A stretch of DNA of 64,000 nt from positions 550,493-614,492 of the forward strand of contig CAZHOE010000001.1 of NCBI GenBank assembly GCA_964534445.1, in the 5' to 3' direction. This DNA is from an uncultured Micavibrio sp. Lineage in GTDB: Bacteria > Pseudomonadota > Alphaproteobacteria > Micavibrionales > UBA2020. The notes under the pieces are model-generated. The model did no database searches and was not told the DNA's origin. It saw only the letters and a list, made by a program, of their open reading frames with translations. The translations under genes and the position numbers were made by a program. Shown here piece by piece: positions 54,064 through 63,351 of the stretch (position 1 is the first letter of the stretch; every line of letters begins with the position of its first letter).

Positions 54064-55670
54064 TATGCACACTTTCCGACGTTTGCTTCGCAGGCCATCG
54101 GCTCGCCGCAGCAGGCGTTATAAATACCCTTGGATTTCAAAACCGCCAGTTCCGTGAGATCAATCGACGGCGTGAGTTCGCCCAGTTTGCTGCTCGGCTG
54201 TTTTTCCAGCGTATCGACAACCTGCAGGAAGGTTTCGCGCAGCTTGTCGCTCATGAAATGTTTTGTCAGATTTTCCAGTTTTTTGATGTATTGCGGACGC
54301 TTCCACGGCGTGCTGCCCAGCGGGTGCGCATTGGCACAGGCTTTTTCATCTTCGACCTTGCTGCCGTCTTTCAGCGTCACGATCATTTTGCCGCCGAAGG
54401 ATTGCTCTTTCGGGTCGGTGGAATGATACCGGCGCTCCCATTCCGCGACCTGCACGGTCTGGATTTTCAGCATGGCGGCGCGCAGCTCTTCTTTTTCTTC
54501 CGCTTTGATGTCATAGACATCTTCATCCCAGCGGGCGAGCTGGATGGAGCGCGCAATCGCGAACATGATGGAATGGTCCAGCGTACCGCGCGGGCTGTCG
54601 GGGTCGACTTTTTGCGGGTCATGCGCGCCGGTGCCGATCACGTGGTCGGTATGGTGGCTGGTTTCCAACAGGATGCATTCGATCTGATCCCAATCAACGG
54701 TTTTGCCGCCGGCTTTTTTCGGCAGCTTGGCCACCATTTCAAGCGCCATATCGATAATCGCCTGACCTTGGTATTCGAAAGCATGTTCCTTCGGATAGGT
54801 CATCATGATGTTGCGCAGCTTGTCGCCTTTTTCGGCAAGCTCGATTTTGTATTCGGCGGCGGGATTGTCGCGGCCGTCGAGGAAGCGGCGGATGATGCTG
54901 TCCTCCCCTTCATAAACCGGGTTCGGGCCTTTCAGGCCATGCATCGCGGAGTTCACGGCATCGATGGAGATTTCGGCGGAGAAACCCGGCACGAATTCTT
55001 TTTGCGCGCCGATGTCGCCCTTGCGCGACTGGCGGGACGAAATGGCGTTATGCACGGCAAAGTTGACCGCGTGATAAATCTGCTCCAGCGGCATTTTCAG
55101 CATCGCGCCGATACCCGCCGCACTGGCCGCCGCGATATGCGTCATATGATCGACTTTGTGTTTGTGCAGGCAGATGCCCGTACCGTTGCCGGTGCCGACC
55201 AGTGCCACGTGCACTTCATACGCCACCGCAATACCGCGGATCACATCCTTGCCGCCGATGCCGAGTTGCTGCGCCACCGCGAGGATGGGCGAAATGTTAT
55301 CATCGGGGTGGGAATATTCTGCGGCCAGATAGGTATCGTCCTGATCGCGGAAGCGTACGGCGACGGCATTGGCAAAGGCGGCTTCGCGCGGGCCGAAAGT
55401 CTGGTCTGGCGTCAGGCCGTAAATAGTGCAGCGCCCCGTGCCCGCCGTTGCCAGCGCCTTGTTGCGCGCAACCGTGACTGCCGTTTCGTTCAGCGCAGCA
55501 ATGGAAATGGCGGCGTTGTCGATGATACGGTTTTTGACCATATCCACGGTTTCTTCGGGCAGATCGGCATCTTCGGTTTCAAAAGCCAGTTTGGCAATTT
55601 TCCACGCCAGCTGGTCTTCTTTTTTCAGCAGGCTTTTTTCGGGGTGGAATTTGACGGTATGGATTTTCAT
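54063..55670 (-). CDS. prpD: 2-methylcitrate dehydratase (MmgE/PrpD family)
   Basis: 535 aa. The length, the N-terminal pattern (VDMVKNRIIDNAAISIAAL) and the context with prpB and prpC fit PrpD. The 580-aa + strand ORF 54051..55793 is its antisense shadow. Confidence 0.8.
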   Translation of the reverse strand: MKIHTVKFHPEKSLLKKEDQLAWKIAKLAFETEDADLPEETVDMVKNRIIDNAAISIAALNETAVTVARNKALATAGTGRCTIYGLTPDQTFGPREAAFANAVAVRFRDQDDTYLAAEYSHPDDNISPILAVAQQLGIGGKDVIRGIAVAYEVHVALVGTGNGTGICLHKHKVDHMTHIAAASAAGIGAMLKMPLEQIYHAVNFAVHNAISSRQSRKGDIGAQKEFVPGFSAEISIDAVNSAMHGLKGPNPVYEGEDSIIRRFLDGRDNPAAEYKIELAEKGDKLRNIMMTYPKEHAFEYQGQAIIDMALEMVAKLPKKAGGKTVDWDQIECILLETSHHTDHVIGTGAHDPQKVDPDSPRGTLDHSIMFAIARSIQLARWDEDVYDIKAEEKEELRAAMLKIQTVQVAEWERRYHSTDPKEQSFGGKMIVTLKDGSKVEDEKACANAHPLGSTPWKRPQYIKKLENLTKHFMSDKLRETFLQVVDTLEKQPSSKLGELTPSIDLTELAVLKSKGIYNACCGEPMACEANVGKCA

Positions 55671-55718
55671 GTCTGGCTTTCCTCCTTCGGGATGCCGCGC
55701 GGCGTGGCTGCGCGTGAC

Positions 55719-55745
55719 GCTATAAAAGATGTGCCTTTTTATAGC
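55719..55745. promoter_or_regulatory. Perfect 9-bp inverted repeat upstream of prpD (candidate operator)
   Basis: GCTATAAAA (55719-55727), a 9-nt spacer, then TTTTATAGC (55737-55745). It lies about 50-75 nt upstream of the prpD start. Confidence 0.35.
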
Positions 55746-55781
55746 ATTGCCAAGCCCGCCGGTGAAGGAGAACCGAATAAT

Positions 55782-55797
55782 TTCATTACATAATGAA
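55782..55797. promoter_or_regulatory. 16-bp palindrome TTCATTA-CA-TAATGAA upstream of prpD
   Basis: Perfect 7-bp arms with a 2-nt spacer. It is AT-rich, so the chance expectation is not negligible. Confidence 0.2.
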
Positions 55798-55805
55798 CAA
55801 GATTT

Positions 55806-56747
55806 CTATTTCCCGAGCGCGCGTTTGGGCAGTTTTTTCTGCTGCGATGCAGCAGGCTCCGGCGCGGAGGTATTGGCCGGCGCATTGTCCTGCTCCCGCA
55901 CCTGCATCAGGGCGGCGATCACCACGGCCTTGTTCTGGTACACAGTGATTTCATCGGGGCGCAATACGCGCTGTTGTTGTTTGCGCACAACCTCGCCCGC
56001 ATTTGTTTCCGGCATCTTGCCCATGGCATAGAGCACGTTTTGCAAACGGTCGATAATCACCATGCGGTCGACGAGCTTTTCATTCTCCAGCGTTTCCACG
56101 GTTTCGACCATCGCGGCGGGCGCGTTGTCCTGCTCCTCGCGGTTGACCCAGCGGGGGATAACATCCTGCCCCTGTTTGGCTGCCGCATAATTTTCTTCGA
56201 AGCGCATATGCACGGATTGCCGCGCGACAACGGACGGCGTGGAAATCACAACCGCGCTGATATCGTATCCGTTTTCGCGGAACGGAAACAGGATCATGCG
56301 CGTCATTTCCTGCCCCATCGCGGCATCGTCCATCAGCACGTTTAGCTGGCGTTTGGCGGCTTCTTCGGTCAGCCAGCCGATAAGACCTTCGACGGCTTTA
56401 TCAATCCGCGCGGCGGCATTGATCGGGTCGTTTTTAACATGATCTTCATAGCGCGGATGATACACGCGCAGATCGTCGAAATTTATATGAACATAATTTT
56501 TCAGTTGTGGCTGTTCGTCTTGCGCGGTTTTGACAAAGGTGCTTTTGCCCGATCCCGGCAAACCTGTCACATACAACAAGGCCGGACGCGTTTGCGCTTC
56601 CCTGCCGTCCAGCAAATCCGCCGCCATTTTTTTGTAGGCAGCGGCATACTCGGCATCCGTCATCAGATCAGGCTTCGCGCTCGCCGCTTCATCACTGAAA
56701 GCAGATGTGAGAGAAAGATCGGACATGTGATGGTCTTTCGCCGACAT
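55806..56747 (-). CDS. Zeta-toxin-family P-loop kinase, solitary
   Basis: I chose the start at ATG 56747, which follows GGGGAGGG. The Walker A is GLPGSGKST. The segment HINFDDLRVYHPRY aligns with the zeta/PezT IDxDxF..HP segment. Overall it is collinear with zeta toxin as I recall it, plus an extra C-terminal region of about 90 aa. Confidence 0.7.
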   Translation of the reverse strand: MSAKDHHMSDLSLTSAFSDEAASAKPDLMTDAEYAAAYKKMAADLLDGREAQTRPALLYVTGLPGSGKSTFVKTAQDEQPQLKNYVHINFDDLRVYHPRYEDHVKNDPINAAARIDKAVEGLIGWLTEEAAKRQLNVLMDDAAMGQEMTRMILFPFRENGYDISAVVISTPSVVARQSVHMRFEENYAAAKQGQDVIPRWVNREEQDNAPAAMVETVETLENEKLVDRMVIIDRLQNVLYAMGKMPETNAGEVVRKQQQRVLRPDEITVYQNKAVVIAALMQVREQDNAPANTSAPEPAASQQKKLPKRALGK

Positions 56748-56827
56748 CGTCACCCTCCCCTTGTTCAATCTTCGGGCTTGCCCCAAAAACTGTGCAGCGC
56801 AACATAACCCCTGCAGGCTGCAGCTTT

Positions 56828-56857
56828 ATTATAGCCGTTCCCCTAGGTTGCCGTCAA
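56828..56857 (-). promoter_or_regulatory. Near-consensus sigma70 promoter for the zeta-like gene
   Basis: On the minus strand: TTGACG (56857-56852), an 18-nt spacer, then TATAAT (56833-56828). Confidence 0.45.
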
Positions 56858-56880
56858 ACTTATGGCAAAAGTGCGCGGTT

Positions 56881-57984
56881 TTAAACGTTAAAACGGAACA
56901 GCATGATGTCGCCGTCTTTGACAATGTATTCCTTGCCTTCGGAGCGCATTTTGCCGGCTTCTTTGGCGGCTTGTTCGCCGCCGAGGGAGAGGAAGTCTTT
57001 CATGTCGATGGTTTCGGCACGAATGAAGCCGCGTTCGAAATCGGTGTGGATCACGCCGGCGGCCTGCGGTGCCTTTGAATTTTTTTGCACCGTCCACGCG
57101 CGCGCTTCTTTCGGCCCCACGGTGAAGAAGGTGATGAGGTTGAGCAGCGCATAGCCCGCGCGGATCACGCGGTTCAGCCCCGGTTCGGTCAGCCCCATGG
57201 TTTCGAGGAATTCTTTTTTCTCTTCCTCCGTCGGCAGCTGGGCGATCTCGGCCTCGATCGCGGCGCAGATAACGACGTATTCCGCGCCTTCCGCCTTGGC
57301 CATCTCGGCCACGCGCGCGGTCTGGGCATTGCCCTTTTCCGCATCGCTTTCCAGCACGTTGCAAACATACAGAACGGGCTTGGAGGTCAAAAGCTGCAGC
57401 ATCTGGAAAGCGCGTTCTTCATCTTCGTTCTTGCGCTCCACCACGCGTGCAGGGTGCCCTGCGCGCAGTTCCACCAGACAGCGGTCGATGACCTCAACCT
57501 GTATTGTTGCTTCCTTGTCGCCGCCTTTGGATTTTTTACGCAGCGGTTCGACGCGTTTTTCAAGGCTCTCCATATCCGCGATCATCAGTTCGGTTTCGAT
57601 GATTTCCTTGTCGCGGATGGGATCCACGCCGCCTTCGACGTGGGTGATGTTTTCATCTTCAAAACAGCGCAGCACGTGGATGACGGCATCGGTTTCGCGG
57701 ATGTTGGCCAAAAACTGGTTGCCCAGCCCCTCGCCTTTGGAGGCACCGCGGACAAGACCCGCGATATCAACGAATTCCAGTTGCGTCGGCACGATGCTTT
57801 GCGATTTGCCGATTTTGGCAATATCATTCAAACGGTCATCCGGCACGGCGACACGGCCGACGTTCGGCTCGATCGTGCAAAAAGGATAATTGGCCGCCTG
57901 CGCCGCCGCCGTTTTGGTCAGGGCGTTGAACAAGGTGGATTTCCCAACGTTCGGCAGACCGACGATACCGCAATTAAAGCCCAT
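56881..57984 (-). CDS. ychF: Ribosome-binding ATPase YchF
   Basis: [23 protein letters not shown]...[11 protein letters not shown]..., 367 aa. Confidence 0.95.
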   Translation of the reverse strand: MGFNCGIVGLPNVGKSTLFNALTKTAAAQAANYPFCTIEPNVGRVAVPDDRLNDIAKIGKSQSIVPTQLEFVDIAGLVRGASKGEGLGNQFLANIRETDAVIHVLRCFEDENITHVEGGVDPIRDKEIIETELMIADMESLEKRVEPLRKKSKGGDKEATIQVEVIDRCLVELRAGHPARVVERKNEDEERAFQMLQLLTSKPVLYVCNVLESDAEKGNAQTARVAEMAKAEGAEYVVICAAIEAEIAQLPTEEEKKEFLETMGLTEPGLNRVIRAGYALLNLITFFTVGPKEARAWTVQKNSKAPQAAGVIHTDFERGFIRAETIDMKDFLSLGGEQAAKEAGKMRSEGKEYIVKDGDIMLFRFNV

Positions 57985-58603
57985 TTTGTTTTTCCTTTTG
58001 TTCTGTCGTGTTTTTGTCTTGTTTGTCTTCTTTGGGCGGCTGCAGTTCTTGCGCCACCTTGCTCATGAAACCGTCCATGTCACCGGCGACAATGCGCGGT
58101 GCATGTTTGGCCATCGCCTCCAGCAGGTTTTCCAGCCATGTTGCATCCGCCTTGGCAAAATCGCTGAGCACGTAATTGCTGACCAGATGTTTTTCGCCCG
58201 GATGGCCGATCCCCATGCGCACGCGCCAATAATCCTGCCCCAGATGCGCATCAATCGATTTGATGCCGTTATGTCCGCCGGAGCCGCCCGCTTTTTTCAC
58301 GCGGATTTTACCCGGCAGCAGATCCAGTTCATCATAAAAAACGATGATGTTCCCGGGTGGGATTTTATAAAACGCCGCCGCCGCCTGCACCGACTGGCCC
58401 GACAGGTTCATGAAGGTCTGGGGTTTCAGCATGATCACCTTTTCGCCATCCAGCGTGCCGGTGCTGATCTCCCCCTGAAACTTTTTGCTCCAGCCGGAAA
58501 AGTTATGGCGATGGACGAAACTGTCCACCGCCATAAAACCGATATTATGCCGGTTGAGCGCGTATTTCGTTCCGGGATTTCCCAATCCAACGAAAAGAAA
58601 CAT
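57974..58603 (-). CDS. pth: Peptidyl-tRNA hydrolase
   Basis: [12 protein letters not shown]...RHNIGFM, and GGHNG. The C-terminus is a Lys/Glu-rich tail. Confidence 0.9.
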   Translation of the reverse strand: MFLFVGLGNPGTKYALNRHNIGFMAVDSFVHRHNFSGWSKKFQGEISTGTLDGEKVIMLKPQTFMNLSGQSVQAAAAFYKIPPGNIIVFYDELDLLPGKIRVKKAGGSGGHNGIKSIDAHLGQDYWRVRMGIGHPGEKHLVSNYVLSDFAKADATWLENLLEAMAKHAPRIVAGDMDGFMSKVAQELQPPKEDKQDKNTTEQKEKQNGL

Positions 58604-58630
58604 GTCTGCCTGCCCGGTATATTGTTTTGA

Positions 58631-59293
58631 TTAGCCTTCTTTTTTGGCTTCTGCTGCCTTGTCGCCTTCAGCTTTTTCAGCAGCGCTGGTAGCTGTCGCA
58701 GCATCTTCTGCTTCTTCAGCTGCCGTTTGTACGGTCGGCGCAACAATGCTGAGAATGGTGAAGTTGCCTTCCTGCGCAGGTTCGGTGCCTTTGGGCAGTT
58801 TCAGATCTTCGATGTGAACGCTGTCACCGATCTCGAGCTTTTCAAGGTCAACAACGAATTCTTCCGGAATGTCGGTTGCCTTGCAGTAAACTTCGATCGT
58901 GTGTTGAAGCAACGCCAGAACGCCGCCGGCCAAGAGGCCTTTGCATTCTTCTTCGTTGATCACGCGGACAGGAACTTCCACGTTGATGACCGTTTTGGCA
59001 GAGACGCGCAGGAAGTCAGCATGTTCCGGACGATCTGTCACGGGGTGCAGCTGTACGTCGCGCGGGATCACCAGATGCGTTTGACCGTCAAGGGTCAGGT
59101 CGCACAGGTGGGTATAGAATTGCTTGTTGGACAACTCTTTCGTCAGATCCTTGGTCAGGACAGAGATCAGAACGGGTTCTTTGTTGTCACCGTAGATAAC
59201 GGCAGGAATATTGCCGTTGCGACGTTCTGCACGGGCGGCCCCCTTACCGGCCTTCGCGCGTGCTGTAGCCGCGAGTTGAGTTTTTTGTGCCAT
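58631..59293 (-). CDS. rplY: 50S ribosomal protein L25 / general stress protein Ctc
   Basis: AERRNGNIPAVIYG...; two-domain Ctc form with an Ala/Glu-rich tail. Confidence 0.9.
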   Translation of the reverse strand: MAQKTQLAATARAKAGKGAARAERRNGNIPAVIYGDNKEPVLISVLTKDLTKELSNKQFYTHLCDLTLDGQTHLVIPRDVQLHPVTDRPEHADFLRVSAKTVINVEVPVRVINEEECKGLLAGGVLALLQHTIEVYCKATDIPEEFVVDLEKLEIGDSVHIEDLKLPKGTEPAQEGNFTILSIVAPTVQTAAEEAEDAATATSAAEKAEGDKAAEAKKEG

Positions 59294-59416
59294 GATTGGT
59301 CATCCTCTTTGTTTTCATTAAAAAAGTCTGTTCCGCCCAGCCTCCAGGGGTGCTGGCACGCAACCGCGCTATTCATAGCCAAAATGACCTGAAAATCAAG
59401 CGTTTTCTGTATTATG

Positions 59417-60373
59417 TCAGGCCAATGCCGGTGCGGTGTCGAAAAGCGAGGAAACGGAACGCTCCTCGCTGATCCGCAAAATAGCTTCGCCGAACAAGGG
59501 CGCGATAGGCAAGTATTTGATTTTACTACAAGAAGATGTCTTTTCCGTCGCCTTGATACTATCCGTGACCAGCATCTCCAGCATCGGGGATTTTTCAATG
59601 CGCTCGACCGCGCTGCCCGAAAAGACTCCGTGGGAAGCGACCGCGCGCACGGAGGTCGCCCCGTATTCCATCAAGGCATGGGCGGCATTGCAGATCGTGC
59701 CGGCGGAATCCACCATATCGTCGATCAGGATGCAATCGCGCCCTTCGACCTCCCCGATCACGTGCATGACTTCGGAGATGCCGGCTTTCTCCCGCCGCTT
59801 GTCAATGATCGCCAGCCCCGCATCGCCCAGACGCTTGGCAAAGGCGCGCGCACGCACCACCCCGCCCACATCGGGCGATACGATTGTCAGGTTATCGATA
59901 TTGCAGTGCTTTTTCACATAGGGCACAAAAACAGGCGTACCGGCAAAAAGGTTATCGACGGGAATATCAAAGAAACCCTGAATCTGCCCTGCGTGTAAAT
60001 CCATCGTCAGCACGCGGTCCGCCCCTGCCGTGGTGATCAGATTGGCGACCAGCTTGGCGGAAATGGGCGAGCGTGCCGTTGTTTTACGATCCTGACGCGC
60101 ATAACCGAAATAAGGGATCACCGCCGTGATGCGGCGGGCAGAGCCGCGCTTCAGCGCATCAATCATGATCAGCAGTTCCATCATGTGATCGTTCGCGGGA
60201 TAGGAGGTGGACTGGATGACAAAAACATCTTCGCCGCGCACGTTATCCAGAATTTCAAGAAAGATTTCCTGATCCGCGAAACGCTGCACATTGGCCTCTG
60301 TCAGCGGAATGCCGAGGTAAGCGGAAATCGCTTCGGCGAGCGGCTGGTTGCTGGTGCAGGAAATCAGTTTCAT
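59417..60373 (-). CDS. prs: Ribose-phosphate pyrophosphokinase
   Basis: [41 protein letters not shown]. Confidence 0.95.
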   Translation of the reverse strand: MKLISCTSNQPLAEAISAYLGIPLTEANVQRFADQEIFLEILDNVRGEDVFVIQSTSYPANDHMMELLIMIDALKRGSARRITAVIPYFGYARQDRKTTARSPISAKLVANLITTAGADRVLTMDLHAGQIQGFFDIPVDNLFAGTPVFVPYVKKHCNIDNLTIVSPDVGGVVRARAFAKRLGDAGLAIIDKRREKAGISEVMHVIGEVEGRDCILIDDMVDSAGTICNAAHALMEYGATSVRAVASHGVFSGSAVERIEKSPMLEMLVTDSIKATEKTSSCSKIKYLPIAPLFGEAILRISEERSVSSLFDTAPALA

Positions 60374-60652
60374 GGCGCGTATCCCCGTCTATTCGCGTTG
60401 ATTCTTCTGAACGGAAACGATCATAGCGGCTGGCGATGGAGAATAATAGGGTGTGCAAATAATTGATTACAAGTGTTCAAAATAATATTTTCCCGAGCAT
60501 TCCTCACAAAACTTTATGTTATTTCAAACAGATGAAAGATTAAGTTTTCTGCAAGGCCCTATTTTTCAGAAATCATTTGATTTAATTCCATAGCATTGTA
60601 AGGTCGGTCTTCATTTTCAAAACAACCAATATTCTTCAATGAGGGCTCATCC

Positions 60653-61399
60653 ATGGAAAAATTCACCGCAGGCAACGCAGAAAATGCACTGACACTGGCA
60701 TTTGAAAAAGCAGCTACTCAGGAAACAAAAATTTTCCATCCTTGGCGCTATTTCGTTGCGGGCGGCGAAACACTCGCGAAAATTCAGGAATTTATCGCCG
60801 ATGTGGCCAATGTCGCGCAGGAAAAAGAAGACTTCAAAAACAAGCTCGGCGCCAAAAAGTATAATGGCAGCTATGGCATCGAATTTGATTTCGACCAGAA
60901 AGATATTTTGCCGCTGAATGGAACGGAGCGTGTGGATTACCACCTGAACGGCGGTGGCGGCAGCGAGGCATGGCAGGCAAAACGCGTCGCCTCTATTCCG
61001 GATTTTGTCGTCTCCGATGGCCGCACCTATGGGCAATTCCATCCCGATGTTTCCACACCGCGCGGTCAGGCTATCCGCGATGAAATGAAAACGCTTGAAG
61101 AAAAAGCACAACCTGCAAAGCGCTTCGCACGTTGGCTGGGCGCGGAAAGCGTGGATGTGCCGCGTAACCCTGCTTATAGCGGTGACCGCGTAAAACTGTC
61201 TGCAACAGCCACAAAGATTGGCGATGAATGGATTGTCGCGGTGCCGGTGGAGATTACGCCGGATCCCTACCCGCAAAAATCCTATACCGAAAACTGGATT
61301 GTGCCGCCGGGCTCGGAACCGCTTTCCGTTGGTGAATACTTCACGCGGGTCGAAAAAAACAATCTGCTGAAAAATACGGCAAAAGCACCGAAAGCCTGA
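60653..61399 (+). CDS. Hypothetical protein (248 aa), no family recognised
   Basis: Clean ORF preceded by a 279-bp AT-rich spacer. No signal peptide or TM segment. The antisense track ORF 60647..61276 looks like shadow. Confidence 0.5.
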   Translation: MEKFTAGNAENALTLAFEKAATQETKIFHPWRYFVAGGETLAKIQEFIADVANVAQEKEDFKNKLGAKKYNGSYGIEFDFDQKDILPLNGTERVDYHLNGGGGSEAWQAKRVASIPDFVVSDGRTYGQFHPDVSTPRGQAIRDEMKTLEEKAQPAKRFARWLGAESVDVPRNPAYSGDRVKLSATATKIGDEWIVAVPVEITPDPYPQKSYTENWIVPPGSEPLSVGEYFTRVEKNNLLKNTAKAPKA

Positions 61400-61420
61400 C
61401 GACGCCCCTCCTTGAAGAGG

Positions 61421-62185
61421 CTATTTCAGTACAATCGCCGACATCTGGCGGCCGTAGTCGGATTCATTGCGCTGGCAGCTGCGGCGGTAGCTGTAATAAA
61501 CGTCTTCGTTCGGCAGCGTATCCTGCTGCGTATCATAGACCGTTTCGATGCCTGCCTTTTTCAAACGGTGTACGGCATAGCCCGGCAGGTTGAAAATAAA
61601 ATGGCCTTCCTTGGCCGCCTGTTTGAAGAAGCGCTCGTTTCCGGTGTCCTGTTCCAAAAACGTTTTTTTGAAATCCGCACTGACTTCATAAGACAAAGGC
61701 CCGATGCAGGGGCCGATGGCGGCCTGAATGTTTTCGCGCTTGGCGCCGAGTGCGATCATCGCCTCTATCGTGGCCTCCATGATCCCACCGACAGCCCCCT
61801 TCCAGCCCGCATGGGCAGCGCCGATAATGCGCGCCTTTTTATCGGCAAACAAAACAGGCGCGCAATCCGCCGTCAAAACGCCGATCGCAAGGCCGCGTGT
61901 CGCGGTTACAATCCCGTCTGCTTCGGGCGGATTATTTTTAAACGGTTCGGTCATTGTAATAACCTTTGCACCATGCACCTGCTTGACGGTGACAAGATGA
62001 TCGACTTCAACGCCCAGCGTTTCAGCGACTTTAGCGCGGTTGGCGGTGATGCTGCCTTGATCATCGCCCGATGAATAGGCGCAGTTGAGTCCTTGATACA
62101 CCCCCGCACTCATCCCGCCGATACGGGTAAAAAAGCCGTGCTTCAGAAATTTCAGCTTTTCAAGATCGGTCGTCAGATATTTCAT
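61421..62185 (-). CDS. pgeF: YfiH/PgeF family (peptidoglycan editing factor / laccase-domain protein)
   Basis: HGFFTR.GG.S, VKQVHG, LTADCAPVLF, AHAGWKG, IGPCI. Confidence 0.85.
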   Translation of the reverse strand: MKYLTTDLEKLKFLKHGFFTRIGGMSAGVYQGLNCAYSSGDDQGSITANRAKVAETLGVEVDHLVTVKQVHGAKVITMTEPFKNNPPEADGIVTATRGLAIGVLTADCAPVLFADKKARIIGAAHAGWKGAVGGIMEATIEAMIALGAKRENIQAAIGPCIGPLSYEVSADFKKTFLEQDTGNERFFKQAAKEGHFIFNLPGYAVHRLKKAGIETVYDTQQDTLPNEDVYYSYRRSCQRNESDYGRQMSAIVLK

Positions 62186-63351
62186 ACGCCATCCCCTGTC
62201 TGCAGGCCTGCGGGCTGCAAGCCGCTATTTTTTGCCGTGATGCACATAACTTTAAACAAATCCCCCATGGCGGAGGGCGCCGTCAGGCGGTGTAAATCGG
62301 TCATAATCTGCTGGCGCTGTTTCGGCGTTGCTTTGGCGGCAAGTTTTTCGGCGCGCATAACAATGCCCAGCGCGTTCAGGAATTGCTCCTGCGCGACCGG
62401 CCCGTGAATATCGGCCTGGGCGCGGCAGGCTTGCGCCAACGTTGCAAAATCCACATGCGCCGTCATATCGCGCATGCCGGGCGCTTCCAAAACATCCGCA
62501 TAGGTGTGCCGGGAAATGCTTTGCAGCGTATCGCCCAGCCCTGCCCGTGCATGGCCGTAATCGATGATCAGGCACGCGCCGTGATGGACGGCTATTTTTT
62601 GCGCCAACTTCCCGGCTATGTCGAGGCTCATAGGGCTGATCTCGAAAAACGAGCCATCGGGAGCATTCATAAAATCTGCCGGCATCACAGCGGCAAGATC
62701 CATTTGCAGGGGGAGCGTTGCAAAACAAAAGGCGTTTTCTTCGGCGTCAAAATCAACGGCGCGCTCCAGCCAGACACCGCGTTTTTTGACGAATTGATGT
62801 ATCGGCAGCGCATCAAAAAATTCGTTGGCCACCATCAGACTGAATCCGTCCGGCAAACTGTCGATACTGTCATGCCAAGTGGGCGTTGCCGCATGTAGGT
62901 TATCCGCCTGCACCAAACGCAGCTGCGGGCTGGTTTCGACCAGATGCACGGAAACGGCGGCGGCAAAATCCGGCCAGTTTTTCGCAATGCGCAGCATATC
63001 CGCCATCAGCGTGCCGCGCCCAGGCCCCAGTTCGACCAGATTGACTTTGGGCGGTTTGCCCGCCTGATGCCACAAATCCACGCACCATGCGGCAATCATT
63101 TCACCGAACATCTGGCTGATTTCAGGCGCCGTCGTAAAATCGCCTTCCACGCCAAACGGCACGGCATGGGCATAGTAATGCTGCGCCACACGCCCCATGT
63201 AATCGGCAACGGTCATGGGGCCATTGCGCTGCATATCTTGCCGCAAGGCATCGGCAAAGGCGGCGGCTTCCGCCTCAGACTTGGTTTTTTTGTTCGGATT
63301 TTGCTGTGGCATTTTTTCGCGCATAACGGATGATGAAAAGCCCTGCCGCAA
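62182..63351 (-). CDS. Class I SAM-dependent methyltransferase, DUF185 / NDUFAF7 (MidA) homologue
   Basis: GPMTVADYM...HYY, DFTTAPEISQMFGE, LVELGPGRGTLMAD, DYG. The start is uncertain: 63351, 63324 or 63312. All three overlap the lgt 3' end. Confidence 0.7.
   Translation of the reverse strand: MRQGFSSSVMREKMPQQNPNKKTKSEAEAAAFADALRQDMQRNGPMTVADYMGRVAQHYYAHAVPFGVEGDFTTAPEISQMFGEMIAAWCVDLWHQAGKPPKVNLVELGPGRGTLMADMLRIAKNWPDFAAAVSVHLVETSPQLRLVQADNLHAATPTWHDSIDSLPDGFSLMVANEFFDALPIHQFVKKRGVWLERAVDFDAEENAFCFATLPLQMDLAAVMPADFMNAPDGSFFEISPMSLDIAGKLAQKIAVHHGACLIIDYGHARAGLGDTLQSISRHTYADVLEAPGMRDMTAHVDFATLAQACRAQADIHGPVAQEQFLNALGIVMRAEKLAAKATPKQRQQIMTDLHRLTAPSAMGDLFKVMCITAKNSGLQPAGLQTGDGV

Noticed and set aside
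54051-55793. Very long + strand ORFs opposite to well-supported genes. Examples are 54051..55793 (580 aa), 51082..52404 (440 aa), 57085..58068 (327 aa), 41997..42896 (299 aa, apart from its last 66 codons), 45691..46443 and 12456..13262.
   Set aside because: Their translations are Arg/Gly/His/Phe-rich low-complexity sequence with no motifs. The opposite strand encodes proteins with clear family signatures (PrpD, PrpC, YchF, esterase, binding protein, GH3). This is typical antisense shadow in GC-rich coding DNA.
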